DNA of 63,747 nt, the filler included, from Octopus bimaculoides (taxonomy: Eukaryota), in the NCBI RefSeq assembly GCF_001194135.2. It is 6 parts of 6 records of this genome, joined end to end, with 100 filler letters (N's around TTAATTAATTAA, not from the genome) between each part and the next. Parts side by side here need not be neighbours in the genome. Positions count along the whole stretch, not along the records: positions 1 to 26,148 come from NC_068985.1; 5 more parts are not named here. One strand, 5' to 3'. Numbering within the stretch: the first letter of the stretch is position 1; every line of letters starts with the position of its first letter. Positions 1 through 11,371 of the stretch are shown piece after piece. A program made the translations under genes and the position numbers. The notes beneath the pieces were generated by a model, which had not been told where the DNA came from, searched no databases, and saw only the letters and a program-made list of their open reading frames with translations.

Positions 1-291
1 AACAGAAACAATTCCTATCATAGTAGGTGCCTTAGGTATAATAAAAAAAATATTCAGACAAATACATAACAAAAACACCAGGACTTACAAATATATATAA
101 CATTCAGAAAATTGCACTACTGGGTACTGCACACATTCTACGCAAAACACTTTCAATACAGTAAACATAAGAGCACCACAGCAAACCACAGCACATACCC
201 AAGGCGCACAGAGCTGCGCTCGGTAGTGAAGTGAAAGCACGTTATAAAAATAAAACTACTGAACAATAATAATAATAATAATAATAATAAT
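1..291 (+). mobile_element. 3' end of an RLE-type (HERO/R4-like) non-LTR retrotransposon with (AAT)n tail
   Basis: Translates TETIPIIVGALGIIKK / YSDKYITKTPGLTNIYNIQKIALLGTAHILRKTLSIQ* (stop 162-164, one frameshift in an A run). This matches the PIxxGALG...QKxALLGTAxILRK C-terminus of RLE-bearing LINEs. A short 3'UTR and (AAT)n at 264-291 follow. Confidence 0.85.
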
Positions 292-295
292 TCTT

Positions 296-402
296 TCTAA
301 AGTTGGCACAAGGCCAGTAATTTTGGGGAAGGTGTAAACCAATTTCATCGACCCCAATGCTCAAATAGTACTTAATTTATTGACCCCGAAAGGATGAAAA
401 GC
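296..402 (-). mobile_element. SINE fragment, family B (GCCTTTCATCCTTTCGGGGTCGATAAA central domain)
   Basis: Reverse complement of the domain that also occurs at about 5180, 12370, 17660, 20130-20930, 24620 and 36015. Confidence 0.7.
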
Positions 403-584
403 AAAGGAGGGTTCTAAGTATTTGAAAGATTGCTGAAAATTTGTGGTTATCTAAGGTTACAGGTAAGTCACTAATTACATAAATCACATGAAGAATAAGA
501 CCATACCTGAGCCAAACCAAAATATTAATAATAACAGTAATGATGAGGATGATAATTATAATGCCAATTCTTTTGTTGTTGGCA

Positions 585-832
585 CTTCGTCGGTTACGAC
601 GACGAGAGTTCCAGTTGATCCGATCAATGGAACAGCCTGTTCCTGAAATTAACGTGCAAGTGGCTGAGCACTCCACAGACACGTGTACCCTTAATGTAGT
701 TCTCGAGGAGATTAAGCGTGACAAGGCTGACCTTTTGAAATACAGGTACAACAGAAACAGGAAAAAAGAGTGAGAGAAAGTTGCGGTGAAAAAGTACAGC
801 AGGGTTCACCACCTACTAACCAACCGGCCAAC
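585..832 (-). mobile_element. SINE body, family C (GACGACGAGGGTTCCAGTTGATCCGATCAA as read on +)
   Basis: The same block recurs at about 20760, 21200, 43270 and 50165. In the last two it runs into a reverse tRNA-like head. It explains the ORFs at 377-812. Confidence 0.75.
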
Positions 833-1390
833 CAGCTAGATATCCAGTTTTCTATCCCGCCAATCTACTACTTGTTTCCTTGGGTCCAACTATTTGCATT
901 ACTTAACCCATTAACATAATATATTCACATACTATGTTCTAACTTAGAGTCAGTATAATTATAAATTTGAAAGGGGTTTGGATGACGCAATCGGAATATG
1001 TTCACATTCAGAACCAGTTCAGTTACATCATTTTGATTATTATTCAAGAAACGGACACCAAAACTTCTAATTCCGTTGGCTCTAAAATGGTTTACTCTTT
1101 ATTTCAAAAGTGTCATCGCAATTTATGGTGACGTTTTCGAGGCGTAACTGGAACCAGTTTATAGTAACTAAAGAACGAATGGATATTGCACCACCCCTCT
1201 CCTCTGTCTCTTTATAAACCTGCAGATCAGTGGCTCTAAAGTAGTCCGCCACCAGGAATATTCTAGGTGCGCCATGAATTTTTAAAAATGTAATAAATGT
1301 TATAATTGTAATATAATAACCTTTAGAAAATCCGTACTAATGCTTGAGTGTCTTGCAAACATGTCCAAAAGTTTATTAAACTTCGTATAA

Positions 1391-2340
1391 TTTGATTATT
1401 CGAAAGCCGATTCTCACTCACCAATTACAGGAATATTACTCATTAATGTCATCAAATCCTCAGATCAAAAATATTACGGAAATAAATAATAAACGAAATA
1501 GTTATTGTGATGCAAACACAAAGACTACTGTGAATTTTAGCAAATTTACATGGATAAGAGAATTGTCTAATGACATTATGGGAATATTTTCCCTACATAA
1601 TTTAAAACTCAGTTCTCCCAAGAGGAGGGGGTCTTTACAGTGATGATGGACTCTTACGTCTGAATAACTATAATCCTCATCAAACGAAATCACCAACAAC
1701 ATGATTACTAATTTAGTCAAACATCTATCTTTGTCAAACTTAGCAACCAACAATTTTTCTTCTACATGATTTAATAATGTTTGATAAAAAAAGAAACATT
1801 ACCTGTGTTGAAGGTAACATTAGCAAAACTACTCATATAATAGGAAAATGAATATTACTTAGCCTCATTTTCCTGTTACTTTAGCCATTGCACCATGACA
1901 CACAAGTACTCCTGCTGACATAGAAAATAAACTTCCACCCAGAATATAAGTACCGTAAATTATAATAGTGATAAAATCAATCAATAATAATAAAAGCAAA
2001 AATAAAATCACATATTTTAATTCCTAATTTTCTTAACATATGCCCCTCTTAATATGTCTAGATTGAATACCCCTAAAACTAAGCCAACTAGTAGCAACTG
2101 TATTTGTATAAAAACAAGCCAATGATATAATTTACTAGAAAACCATATAAATTAATAACTTATCCAACAAATATATCGGACTCACCGGAAATCCATATAA
2201 AATTCCATTTAATCAGCATTTACATACATTTCAAATCAAATACTGAAGTGAAGAAGCTTCGATCTCTAACTTCATTTGGGACCTGAAAAATCAAAGTAAG
2301 CCATATAGATTAAAATTTAACAGCCTTGCCACAGCGTTTG
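1391..2340 (+). mobile_element. Decayed Penelope-like element: RT palm plus GIY-YIG endonuclease
   Basis: GLYSDDGL at about 1630-1655 (PLE RT motif GLYRDDGL). Downstream, KYIGLTGNPYKIPFNQHLHTF...SISNFIWDLKNQSKPYRLKF at about 2170-2320 fits the GIY-YIG YIG motif and the LSxYIWxLK motif. Many stops and frameshifts. Confidence 0.8.
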
Positions 2341-3190
2341 TTCGTGTGTGTGCGTGTATATATGCATGTATTTATGTGTGCGTGTATGACTGTGTGCGTA
2401 TGCGAGGACATACGTCTATTCTTTGCACCTAATTCTCATCTTTAGAATCAGAATTTGGTAAAAAATATTTTGGAATTTTAAAATTCAGAAACTTTTCAAA
2501 CGTTTTTAGAACTTTTAAACACACTAAAATCCAAAATCTTAGCATTCCTGAAAAACCGACAAACCAAAAGATCTACAATTAATAATTCTCTTATCCTCAA
2601 TTAGTAACTTTCCAATCTACAATTAGTAACACTCATTAATACCCTNNNNNNNNNNNNNNNNNNNNNNNNNNNNNNNNNNNNNNNNNNNNNNNNNNNNNNN
2701 NNNNNNNNNNNNNNNNNNNNNNNNNNNNNNNNNNNNNNNNNNNNNNNNNNNNNNNNNNNNNNNNNNNNNNNNNNNNNNNNNNNNNNNNNNNNNNNNNNNN
2801 NNNNNNNNNNNNNNNNNNNNNNNNNNNNNNNNNNNNNNNNNNNNNNNNNNNNNNNNNNNNNNNNNNNNNNNNNNNNNNNNNNNNNNNNNNNNNNNNNNNN
2901 NNNNNNNNNNNNNNNNNNNNNNNNNNNNNNNNNNNNNNNNNNNNNNNNNNNNNNNNNNNNNNNNNNNNNNNNNNNNNNNNNNNNNNNNNNNNNNNNNNNN
3001 NNNNNNNNNNNNNNNNNNNNNNNNNNNNNNNNNNNNNNNNNNNNNNNNNNNNNNNNNNNNNNNNNNNNNNNNNNNNNNNNNNNNNNNNNNNNNNNNNNNN
3101 NNNNNNNNNNNNNNNNNNNNNNNNNNNNNNNNNNNNNNNNNNNNNNNNNNNNNNNNNNNNNTATATATATATATATATATGGATATACTC

Positions 3191-3500
3191 GATAAAGGAA
3201 ACGGAAGATGGATTTAGTACAAATCTTTATACAGCACGACGATCGTTTCGACTCATCCAGCATCCGTTCCATAGAATATTGTGCATCTGGTTGCGTTTCA
3301 TCAATCAGTGCAGGCTGTGCCACTTCAGTATATCTAGTGAGATATTTTTCTACACCAAGCAGCCGAAGTGACACGGCCTGCACCGATTGATGCAATGCAA
3401 CCAGATGCACAATATACTATGAGACAGATGCAGGACGTGTCAAGATGATTGTCGTACTGAATAAAAGTTCGTAGTAAATCCATCTTCCGTTTCCTTCATC
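3191..3500. repeat. Long inverted repeat / hairpin (139-bp arms, 32-nt loop)
   Basis: 3191-3329 aligns without gaps to the reverse complement of 3362-3500. I count 25 mismatches (82% identity), mostly transitions. Confidence 0.95.
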
Positions 3501-3677
3501 TATTATAAACTCAACAAACACTGCGGATTTCCTGATGTAGATCCAGTGACAATGATATCGTTACTGTGGATGACATCAGGTAGCCCAAAAGGTGAATGTG
3601 CTTTAATGGATATACTAATAGACATATACCCAAAGTCCAAATAGTTACACACACACACACACACATACACACACACA

Positions 3678-3764
<87 letters not shown>

Positions 3765-4104
3765 ATATATATACATATATTATTTGTGTGTGTGTGTGTG
3801 CGTATAAAATATAGGAAAAGAGTTTAAATTCGCGACAGTTGCTTCGGCAGAAATTGATTTAATGTAGTCAAGAACGGATTAAATTACACTGTATAAATTT
3901 CCATCCACTTTAGGTGATATTCACTCAGCCGCGACATCTCCAACTAATTTCAACTAGACGTTTACTGTCTGCTCTCTGAGAATCTTTCTAGCCAGTTGGT
4001 GGTGTAATACATGTAGATGTGCCTCGATTCTTAATTAATCCTTCAAATTGATATATATATATATATACAGATCCCTGTCTGAATCTTTCATACACACCCA
4101 CCTT

Positions 4105-4180
4105 GTCTTTGATGACGGAATACCCGGTGTACGAACATGCTAGCCTATTAATTGAGATATCCTAGGAACAGCCGTAAGAC
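4105..4180 (+). ncRNA. Decayed minimal type-I hammerhead ribozyme motif
   Basis: GTCT-TTGATGA...CCTA-GGAAC-AGCC-GTA-AGAC. Stem I GTCT/AGAC and stem III AC/GT are present. The core carries C3U and A13G changes. Confidence 0.45.
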
Positions 4181-4903
4181 TTCAAATTCACCTTACCCTA
4201 ATTGAATATTCTAAATCACTTAAGATACCTGTCCTGCCTTGGTTTTTGTTGACTTTTTCCTCTTATATANNNNNNNNNNNNNNNNNNNNNNNNNNNNNNN
4301 NNNNNNNNNNNNNNNNNNNNNNNNNNNNNNNNNNNNNNNNNNNNNNNNNNNNNNNNNNNNNNNNNNNNNNNNNNNNNNNNNNNNNNNNNNNNNNNNNNNN
4401 NNNNNNNNNNNNNNNNNNNNNNNNNNNNNNNNNNNNNNNNNNNNNNNNNNNNNNNNNNNNNNNNNNNNNNNNNNNNNNNNNNNNNNNNNNNNNNNNNNNN
4501 NNNNNNNNNNNNNNNNNNNNNNNNNNNNNNNNNNNNNNNNNNNNNNNNNNNNNNNNNNNNNNNNNNNNNNNNNNNNNNNNNNNNNNNNNNNNNNNNNNNN
4601 NNNNNNNNNNNNNNNNNNNNNNNNNNNNNNNNNNNNNNNNNNNNNNNNNNNNNNNNNNNNNNNNNNNNNNNNNNNNNNNNNNNNNNNNNNNNNNNNNNNN
4701 NNNNNNNNNNNNNNNNNNNNNNNNNNNNNNNNNNNNNNNNNNNNNNNNNNNNNNNNNNNNNNNNNNNNNNNNNNNNNNNNNNNNNNNNNNNNNNNNNNNN
4801 NNNNNNNNNNNNNNNNNNNNNNNNNNNNNNNNNNNNNNNNNNNNNNNNNNNNNNNNNNNNNNNNNNNNNNNNNNNNNNNNNNNNNNNNNNNNNNNNNNNN
4901 NNN

Positions 4904-4958
<55 letters not shown>

Positions 4959-5179
4959 TAGAGGAAAAGGAAGCTAAATACGGATCCCTAGCTCCAGCCT
5001 CAGCTGTGAACTTGGAACCAATCGGATGACCAATTATTGCACTTACTCAGCGTACCTTTTCGTTTAGATCACCAGTGAACTAAACCCCTAATATCCTTTA
5101 CTTATAAAGAAAAGCATAGTATAAATGATTTTCTTTCACTACTTTATTTTTGTTTAGCACAAGCATACATTTTAAAAAG

Positions 5180-5385
5180 GCGTGGAGGGGCAGAATCGCT
5201 ACCACGCCGGACAAAATGCAGAGTGTAAACGATCTGATTTCAAATACTGCCAAGGTCGACTTTGCCTCTCATCTATCGGGCTCAATAAAATAAGTACCAG
5301 TTGAACACTGGGGTCAATTGAATCGACTTAACCACCCACCCATCCGGAAATTGCTAACCTTGTGCGATAATTTGAAACTAATATT
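5180..5385 (+). mobile_element. SINE, family B
   Basis: CAAGGTCGACTTTGCCTCTCATCT...TAAAATAAGTACCAGTTGAACACTGGGGTC...AATTGCTAACCTTGTGC...TTTGAAAC, as in the other copies. Confidence 0.7.
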
Positions 5386-5399
5386 AGATTAAAAGGCTT

Positions 5400-6590
5400 T
5401 GATCAGATCTTTTTGTAATATGAATAAGTGAAACTTTATCGTCGGTGTGAGCCAAACTTCGCAGCGTTCTTTGACGTAGTGTATCATTTCGTGTAGTATT
5501 TGACCTTAAAAAGTGTGCAAAAACAGTATTAAAATCAAGATGGCCATAAGATTGAAGAACAAACTGCTCGATATGATAATTTCAGCATCAGAGATTTAGG
5601 CGACTCTGTCCAATCTTGAGTATCAACGATCACTTATATTCATTCAGCAAAGATTATAACAAAAGACTCAGGTTAATCATGAAAACAAAATATCGTTTTC
5701 ATCGAACGAAATAAAATCAATGAACAGTTTTGCAGCCTCAGTCATTCTTACTCTACAGTTTTCGAATAATAGAATGAAATAGAAATGATACCGTAGCGAT
5801 AGATCACAATGTAAGAAAGCAACTCACCAGACATACAAATGCACCATACAAAAGCAGATGTACATGCCCAGTCATGAAGGAGGAAAAGTCTCTTATGGAA
5901 ATAGAAATACAATTTGACATTGCACTATGTCTTATCTGCTTATTCAATGAAGCGGACTAATGACTAGTCAAAGACTATTAGGCACAAGAAAACTACAAAG
6001 AGTCTCTCCTCTCCTCTTCAGAAGGACATTAAAAAAAAAGCACATCTGCGAGCTCGACATCTCACTCTACATCCCAGCAACTGCAGCTGCCAAGATTATT
6101 AAACCTCAAATGAAGAAGATTCAATCTTCTATCTAGAAAGCACTGTTAGACAAACCTATACATGGAACACAAAGATATATCTGCAGGAAATTATTGGTTA
6201 GATGAATGAGAAGTACAGGTCTGAAGTAGCAGAAGCAGATGAGTTTTAATCAGAACGATTACCACCACGAGTCAATGAGAGAGTTTCTTTTAATCACTTG
6301 ATCTGTCAGAAACAGTTGTTACGTATCCCTCAGTTCACACTCTGCCATTATATTAAGTACGAGAAAGGAACGTTAGTTAATGTTGTTGTACCTGCACCTA
6401 AAAAGACTGAGTGGCAGCCGGTGGAATGCAATATAATCTAAGGTCAACTTCATCGGGATTGACCTGATGCCAAACACCAGCACCAAGAACAGCAACAACG
6501 TAAAAAATAACTTTAAAAATACAACTATGATATGAAATGTAGGTCTTGTGATATGCATGCTGTGGCACTAGTGGGTGACCAGTATTAACC
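5400..6590 (+). mobile_element. Highly decayed RLE-type (HERO/R4-like) LINE, RT to CCHC region
   Basis: Frameshifted pieces in the expected order: VKLYRRCEPNF (LKLY after YMDD), VFDLKKCAKTVLK (FGLxKCA), NEIKSMNSFAASV, HHTKADV / YMPSHEGGK (HPKxDVxRLYxxRxEGGRG), GQLHRD, QEQ and KCRSC. Confidence 0.7.
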
Positions 6591-7130
6591 AATCGAGTTT
6601 GGCCACTAATCCCGCTACGCTGTGCACGTGTGCGCACGCATACGAGTTTCGTAACTAGGGCACAAAAGAAGTTAATGTCATCATAAACGGTGAGCTGCTT
6701 AACATGATTCAGTAAATAATAATTATATTTATTATACACTCAGTTCATACATATGGTATAGGAAATATTCTGCACAAGATTTGAGCACAGATTACAACTA
6801 ACATCATCTAGAACATTATGCTTAAATGCGTGCATGCATATATATATATATATATATANNNNNNNNNNNNNNNNNNNNNNNNNNNNNNNNNNNNNNNNNN
6901 NNNNNNNNNNNNNNNNNNNNNNNNNNNNNNNNNNNNNNNNNNNNNNNNNNNNNNNNNNNNNNNNNNNNNNNNNNNNNNNNNNNNNNNNNNNNNNNNNNNN
7001 NNNNNNNNNNNNNNNNNNNNNNNNNNNNNNNNNNNNNNNNNNNNNNNNNNNNNNNNNNNNNNNNTTAGAACCAGTGGCCTAGCATATTGAAAAATCTGAA
7101 GATTCAGAAAAATTATATTACATACATATA

Positions 7131-7440
7131 AGAGGGATGACCACTAAGTGGACATCCATTATGTTAGAAGTAGACCACCTATGGTCTGACCACTAAGAAG
7201 AGATTGTTCTCAAGAAAATTCACCAAGCGCCAGAAGGACATATACATACATCCGTACATACATATCTGCTACTACATACCTGTACTTCTCATTCATCTAA
7301 CCAATAATTTCCTGCAGAAGTCTTGCTCGCTTACGTTCTGACGTTTGCTGAATTTTCTTGAGAACAATCTCTTCTTAGTGGTTAGATCATAGGTGGTCTA
7401 CTTCTAGCATAATGGCTGTCCACTTAGTGGTCATCCCTCT
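7131..7440. mobile_element. MITE with about 105-bp TIRs and TA target-site duplication (Tc1/mariner type)
   Basis: TA|AGAGGGATGACCACTAAGTGGAC...GTCCACTTAGTGGTCATCCCTCT|TA. The arms match for about 105 bp with about 7 mismatches. Confidence 0.92.
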
Positions 7441-7464
7441 TAGCCGAAATTGCAAGGATAATCT

Positions 7465-7610
7465 GGATCTCAACTGAAGAGAGAAAACTCCGAATGACCT
7501 GTCCGTGTTTTCTTTGTATCGTCCATCTGGATGTTTTGTCCCTTTCTTGTATCACCTAACTGTCTGGATGTTTTGCGTCCTTGTCCCATTCTGTATTATC
7601 TATACATATA
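7465..7610 (+). mobile_element. PLE-terminus-like repeat with decayed hammerhead motif; second copy reversed at about 55270-55370
   Basis: CTGAAGA-GAG-AAAA-CTC-C-GAAT-GACCT-GTC at 7474-7503, followed by a T-rich block (TCTGGATGTTTTGCGTCCTTGTCCCATT) shared with 55270-55370 on the minus strand. Confidence 0.5.
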
Positions 7611-7643
7611 TATATATAGCGGCGTACGTACAACTTGTTTCTA

Positions 7644-7680
<37 letters not shown>

Positions 7681-8124
7681 NNNNNNNNNNNNNNNNNNNN
7701 NNNNNNNNNNNNNNNNNNNNNNNNNNNNNNNNNNNNNNNNNNNNNNNNNNNNNNNNNNNNNNNNNNNNNNNNNNNNNNNNNTGTGTGTGTGTGTGTGTGT
7801 ACATGATGATGATATAAGTATGTATGCATATATACATATTTAAGTATGTATATGTGTGTGTGTGTATACATATATATATGTATGTATGTATACACATATG
7901 TATGTACGGATGTATGTATATGTACGTATGTTTATGAATGTATTATTTGAGTCTTATTTATTTAAGTTTTTTTAAGAGTGTTCAAGTCTGTCACTAAAAA
8001 AAGTAACAAGACATTTTTGAGTAAAGAGAGTTCCTGGTGTAGGTAGATATGTGGTTGAATTGCTGTGTTGGCTGCGCTGTCAATGCACACGCCCAAATGT
8101 CTGCATCAATCTACCTAAAGAATC

Positions 8125-8460
8125 TCAGATGTAGAATCTTTGGAATGTCTTATAAATCTTCACTGTGCCAGTAATAAATTGGATTTGGAGAAAGCGCGTC
8201 AGTTTCTCTTGATTTTTTTTTGAAAAGCTTACTATTTCTATGTTTTTGTGTAGAAGTATTGAATTATATCCTAATGCACCTATGATGATAAGTACAAATT
8301 CGAATGTATAGTCAGGGTACAAGAGCTGTAGGGTCCGCACTAATTCGCCATAAATGTTCTTTTTTTCTTGGACTTTTGATTGTACATTAACATCCGCTTG
8401 GCAGCTGGCCTCTACAACAGTGTTGTTCCCTGCCCTACAGAACAATATCAGGTCTGTTAT
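8125..8460 (-). mobile_element. RLE endonuclease C-terminus of a CRE/HERO-like LINE
   Basis: DLILF...VVEASCQADVNVQSKVQEKKNIYGELVRTLQLLYPDYTFEFVLIIIGALGY...TGTVKIYKTF fits the PD..(D/E)xxxP..D.N...K..EK..Y..L...IIIGALG pattern. Confidence 0.8.
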
Positions 8461-8834
8461 GTTTGCACCGCATTGCTGTGTTCCGCCAGTATTCCTTGTT
8501 TTGTAAGGTGCTGTATTCTTTGCTTTAAAAGGGTATATATATATACATTTATATGCATTTGTATACACACACACACACACATAGTGTGTGCGTATAAACA
8601 TGCAGCATGCGTTAGAGGCACTGACCACCCGCACATCATCTGTAAAGAATCCTCTGATAGAACAACTTCATCGCTTGAAGAAATATGAACGTTAAAATAT
8701 CACTTATTGTCTTTAGTGACATAATGAAAGAATATTGTCTAGAGATTATTTCTGGTCCATCTGACAGATATTTTACAGGAAATTACTAAAAACATACTTA
8801 AGTACTTGAAACTTTTTTATTGACGATGTGAGAA

Positions 8835-9000
8835 ATGAAAAAAATTCAAATAAGCCTAATTGTTACTGGAAATTCTGAATTCGGACTAAATGTCAACTGT
8901 TTATATATGACACAAAAGATTGGCGGGAGGAGGGATTATATTAGCATTTCTGATCGTGTAAATAGAGAACAAAGATCACTAAACCGCTACTCCAGCCAGC
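8835..9000 (+). mobile_element. Fragment of RLE-type LINE (post-RT HPK...RLY...GGRG block)
   Basis: KIQISLIVTGNSEFGLNVNCLYMTQKIGGRRDYISISDRVNREQRSL resembles the family pattern RKxLTMTGNFHxxSDVxRLYxxRKxGGRGLISIxDxVxxExxSL. Confidence 0.55.
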
Positions 9001-9299
9001 AGACACAGCTTAGGGCAGTTCCATCCACTTAATTCGCTTAGCGAGGGAACTCTCTTCACTCTCACTTTCTTTTCCAAGGGGCACTTGAAATAGTCAATGA
9101 GGGCTTGACCGAAGAGGCAGGTGTTTGTCCTCATTCATTTCAGACACAACAACCTTTGCCATAACCACTCAACAGAGCAATATTCCCCCACGCCTCCGTT
9201 TTGTTGATGCCGGGTTGTGAGATGATTCTGCCGATAAACTCGGGTGAAAGCCAGATTCGTCCAATGTGTGACAAGAGCGATTGATTACAAGTCCATGCA

Positions 9300-9950
9300 A
9301 TATGGGTGGAAATAAATTTAATGGCTTTCAGTTTGCATCTGGTATACCGTGAGGATGAGCGGTAATATCGAGTCCGACATATGAAGAAGAACGACTAGAT
9401 CATACATTCTCTCTGTTTGAAGGATAGCGTAAACTTGTGCGCTGCAAGTGGTGTCGACTTTGAGAAATTTCTCTGTATTGTCCAGCAGTTTAAGAGGGAC
9501 AGTAACATGTCATTTGGACTGTCAAAATGTATAAAGAAAATATAGTTTAAAGTGCAACGATGCAGACTGGCAAATAGAGAGATGGTCTGAAATTCTATCT
9601 GGAGGGACAATTCATTTACAGTTCATCTTTCTACTAATAATTGGGGATATTTGAAAGTAAATCTTTGTACGAAAGCTGTGTGATTACTAATGACGAATGA
9701 ATATTTCAATATAGTCAAAATATTTTTTTAAAGTCATCTAGAAATCAAAGATATCATCTGTGCCATCCACGTCGTAGCAATTCTACCCATAGCATATGTT
9801 TCAGAACTATTAGATTGGAACGTAACATCTCTAAATTCTATCGACTGTAACATTGGAAATCTACCAAAATATCATCTCATATTTCATAATAATTCTGACT
9901 GTATATCCCAAGACGTGAAAGAAGATAGGAGAGAAATATTGCTTGGCCAA
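9300..9950 (+). mobile_element. Decayed RT of an RLE-type LINE
   Basis: IIHSLCLKDSVNLCAASGVDFEKFLCIVQQFKRDSNMSFGLSKC (compare HLLFMDDLKLYA...IGMxFGLxKC), then AIHVVAILPIAYVSELLDWNVTSLNSID (compare AINTxAxPVxxYSxGIxDW). Confidence 0.55.
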
Positions 9951-10209
9951 GAAAGCCAATTTGAATGTTTTTCATTGCCTTTTCATCTCACAAGGGGGCT
10001 TGCTATGGACTCTTGTTGACTTCACGATAATCATACGAAAAAAGTAAATAAATTGTCCTTACAACAACATTCCTTCAATAAATTGTTTTAAGTTTCGAAC
10101 AAGTAAAATCTCCACCTTAAGGTAATATAAATAAGCGGACACACCGAATTCTAAATGAGCAACCAGTTTTGTCTTTACATGTCTAACATTTTCATCAACT
10201 GAATACCTC

Positions 10210-10210
<1 letters not shown>

Positions 10211-10289
<79 letters not shown>

Positions 10290-10340
10290 GTCTGTATATC
10301 TGTATATCTGTCTATCTGTCTATCTGTCTATCTGTCTGTC
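10211..10340. repeat. (GATA)n/(GACA)n microsatellite
   Basis: Direct TCTA and TCTG tandem. Similar tracts at 13720-13825 and 21710-21860. Confidence 0.95.
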
Positions 10341-10540
10341 TGTATAATGCCATACATATGAAAGACTCTGGCCCAGATGTACACTTCTGCCTTAGAAAAT
10401 GACAATGCAAAAAAATAATAAATAAATAAAAAAACAAACAAACATAAAACAAATAGACAAACAAACAAAAAGAACAATAAAAAGTAAAAAAGAACAACAT
10501 ATGTATGACATTATTTTCTCTGAATGTCACTGAAATATAA

Positions 10541-10830
10541 TGCCACTGTGAAATATGTGAGAAATCTTTCATATTTCATTCGAATCTTGTCATTGACGTT
10601 CTTAATCACAGAAGCAAGAAAACCCTTCCTTTGTGAAATTTGTAGGAAAGCATTTATGATAAACGCTGTCTTGATACAAAAGAATACACATCGGAGAATT
10701 ACAGTATTACTGTGAAATATGTGATGGCTCGTTTGTTGACAATAATAATTTAAACAAGCATTAACAAATAGGGTAAAAACAACATTAACAATGTGAAATA
10801 TGGAAAGGTTTTGCCGATAGTAATGACTGA
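10541..10830 (+). pseudogene. C2H2 zinc-finger array pseudogene fragment (about 4 degenerate fingers)
   Basis: CHCEICEKSFIFHSNLVIDVLNH / KPFLCEICRKAFMINAVLIQ / GELQYYCEICDGSFVDNNNLNKH* / QCEIWKGFADSND*. Repeated CEIC..SF...L..H units at finger spacing, with frameshifts, stops and lost His ligands. Confidence 0.85.
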
Positions 10831-11019
10831 ACGATTGTCCAAGGAGAAGGCAGACAACTGGAATAAGTAATAGATAAAGAGCCGTCTAGCGGCAGAATTA
10901 AGAGACTATCCAAGGCGAAATATTTAGAAACAATGAATAAAATGTCGGTTTTGCAAGAAAATTATAGATATATTCATATTGAGTTAAACAGCTACGAATA
11001 CATCAAAAGGATCAAAGGA

Positions 11020-11265
11020 CCTTCCCGAGCCAAAGGCTCATAAGGCCTGTTTCTCGAATTCTGTGGCGTATAGATTCCACCATTATGGACGGGACGCCGG
11101 TTCATTGCATGACTACTCATTTTTGCCAACTGAGTGGACTGGAGCAACACGAAATGATGTATTTTCTTCAAGATTTCGACGAATCGCCCTGTCTAGGAAT
11201 CGAAACCACAACATTACGATCGTGAGTGTAACATTCTAACCACTAATCCATTGCGCCTCCACAAG
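11020..11265 (-). mobile_element. tRNA-derived SINE with CORE-like central domain
   Basis: The reverse strand begins GTGGAGGCGCAATGG...GTGGTTAG with a B-box GGTTTCGATTCC, then TTTCGTGTTGCTCCAGTCCACTCAGTTGGCAAAAATGAGT. Related heads at 43380-43500 and 50340-50790. Confidence 0.75.
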
Positions 11266-11338
11266 GATTATATAGGTCTAAATAAACAGGTTATAAACAT
11301 TCAGTATGAGGTGCTTAAAAGCGTATACATACATACAT

Positions 11339-11371
<33 letters not shown>

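Noticed and set aside
377-812. Overlapping ORFs of 124, 77 and 62 aa
   Set aside because: They read through a family C SINE. The same peptide (DRINWxPRRRNRRSA) reappears from the SINE copy at 50134-50349.
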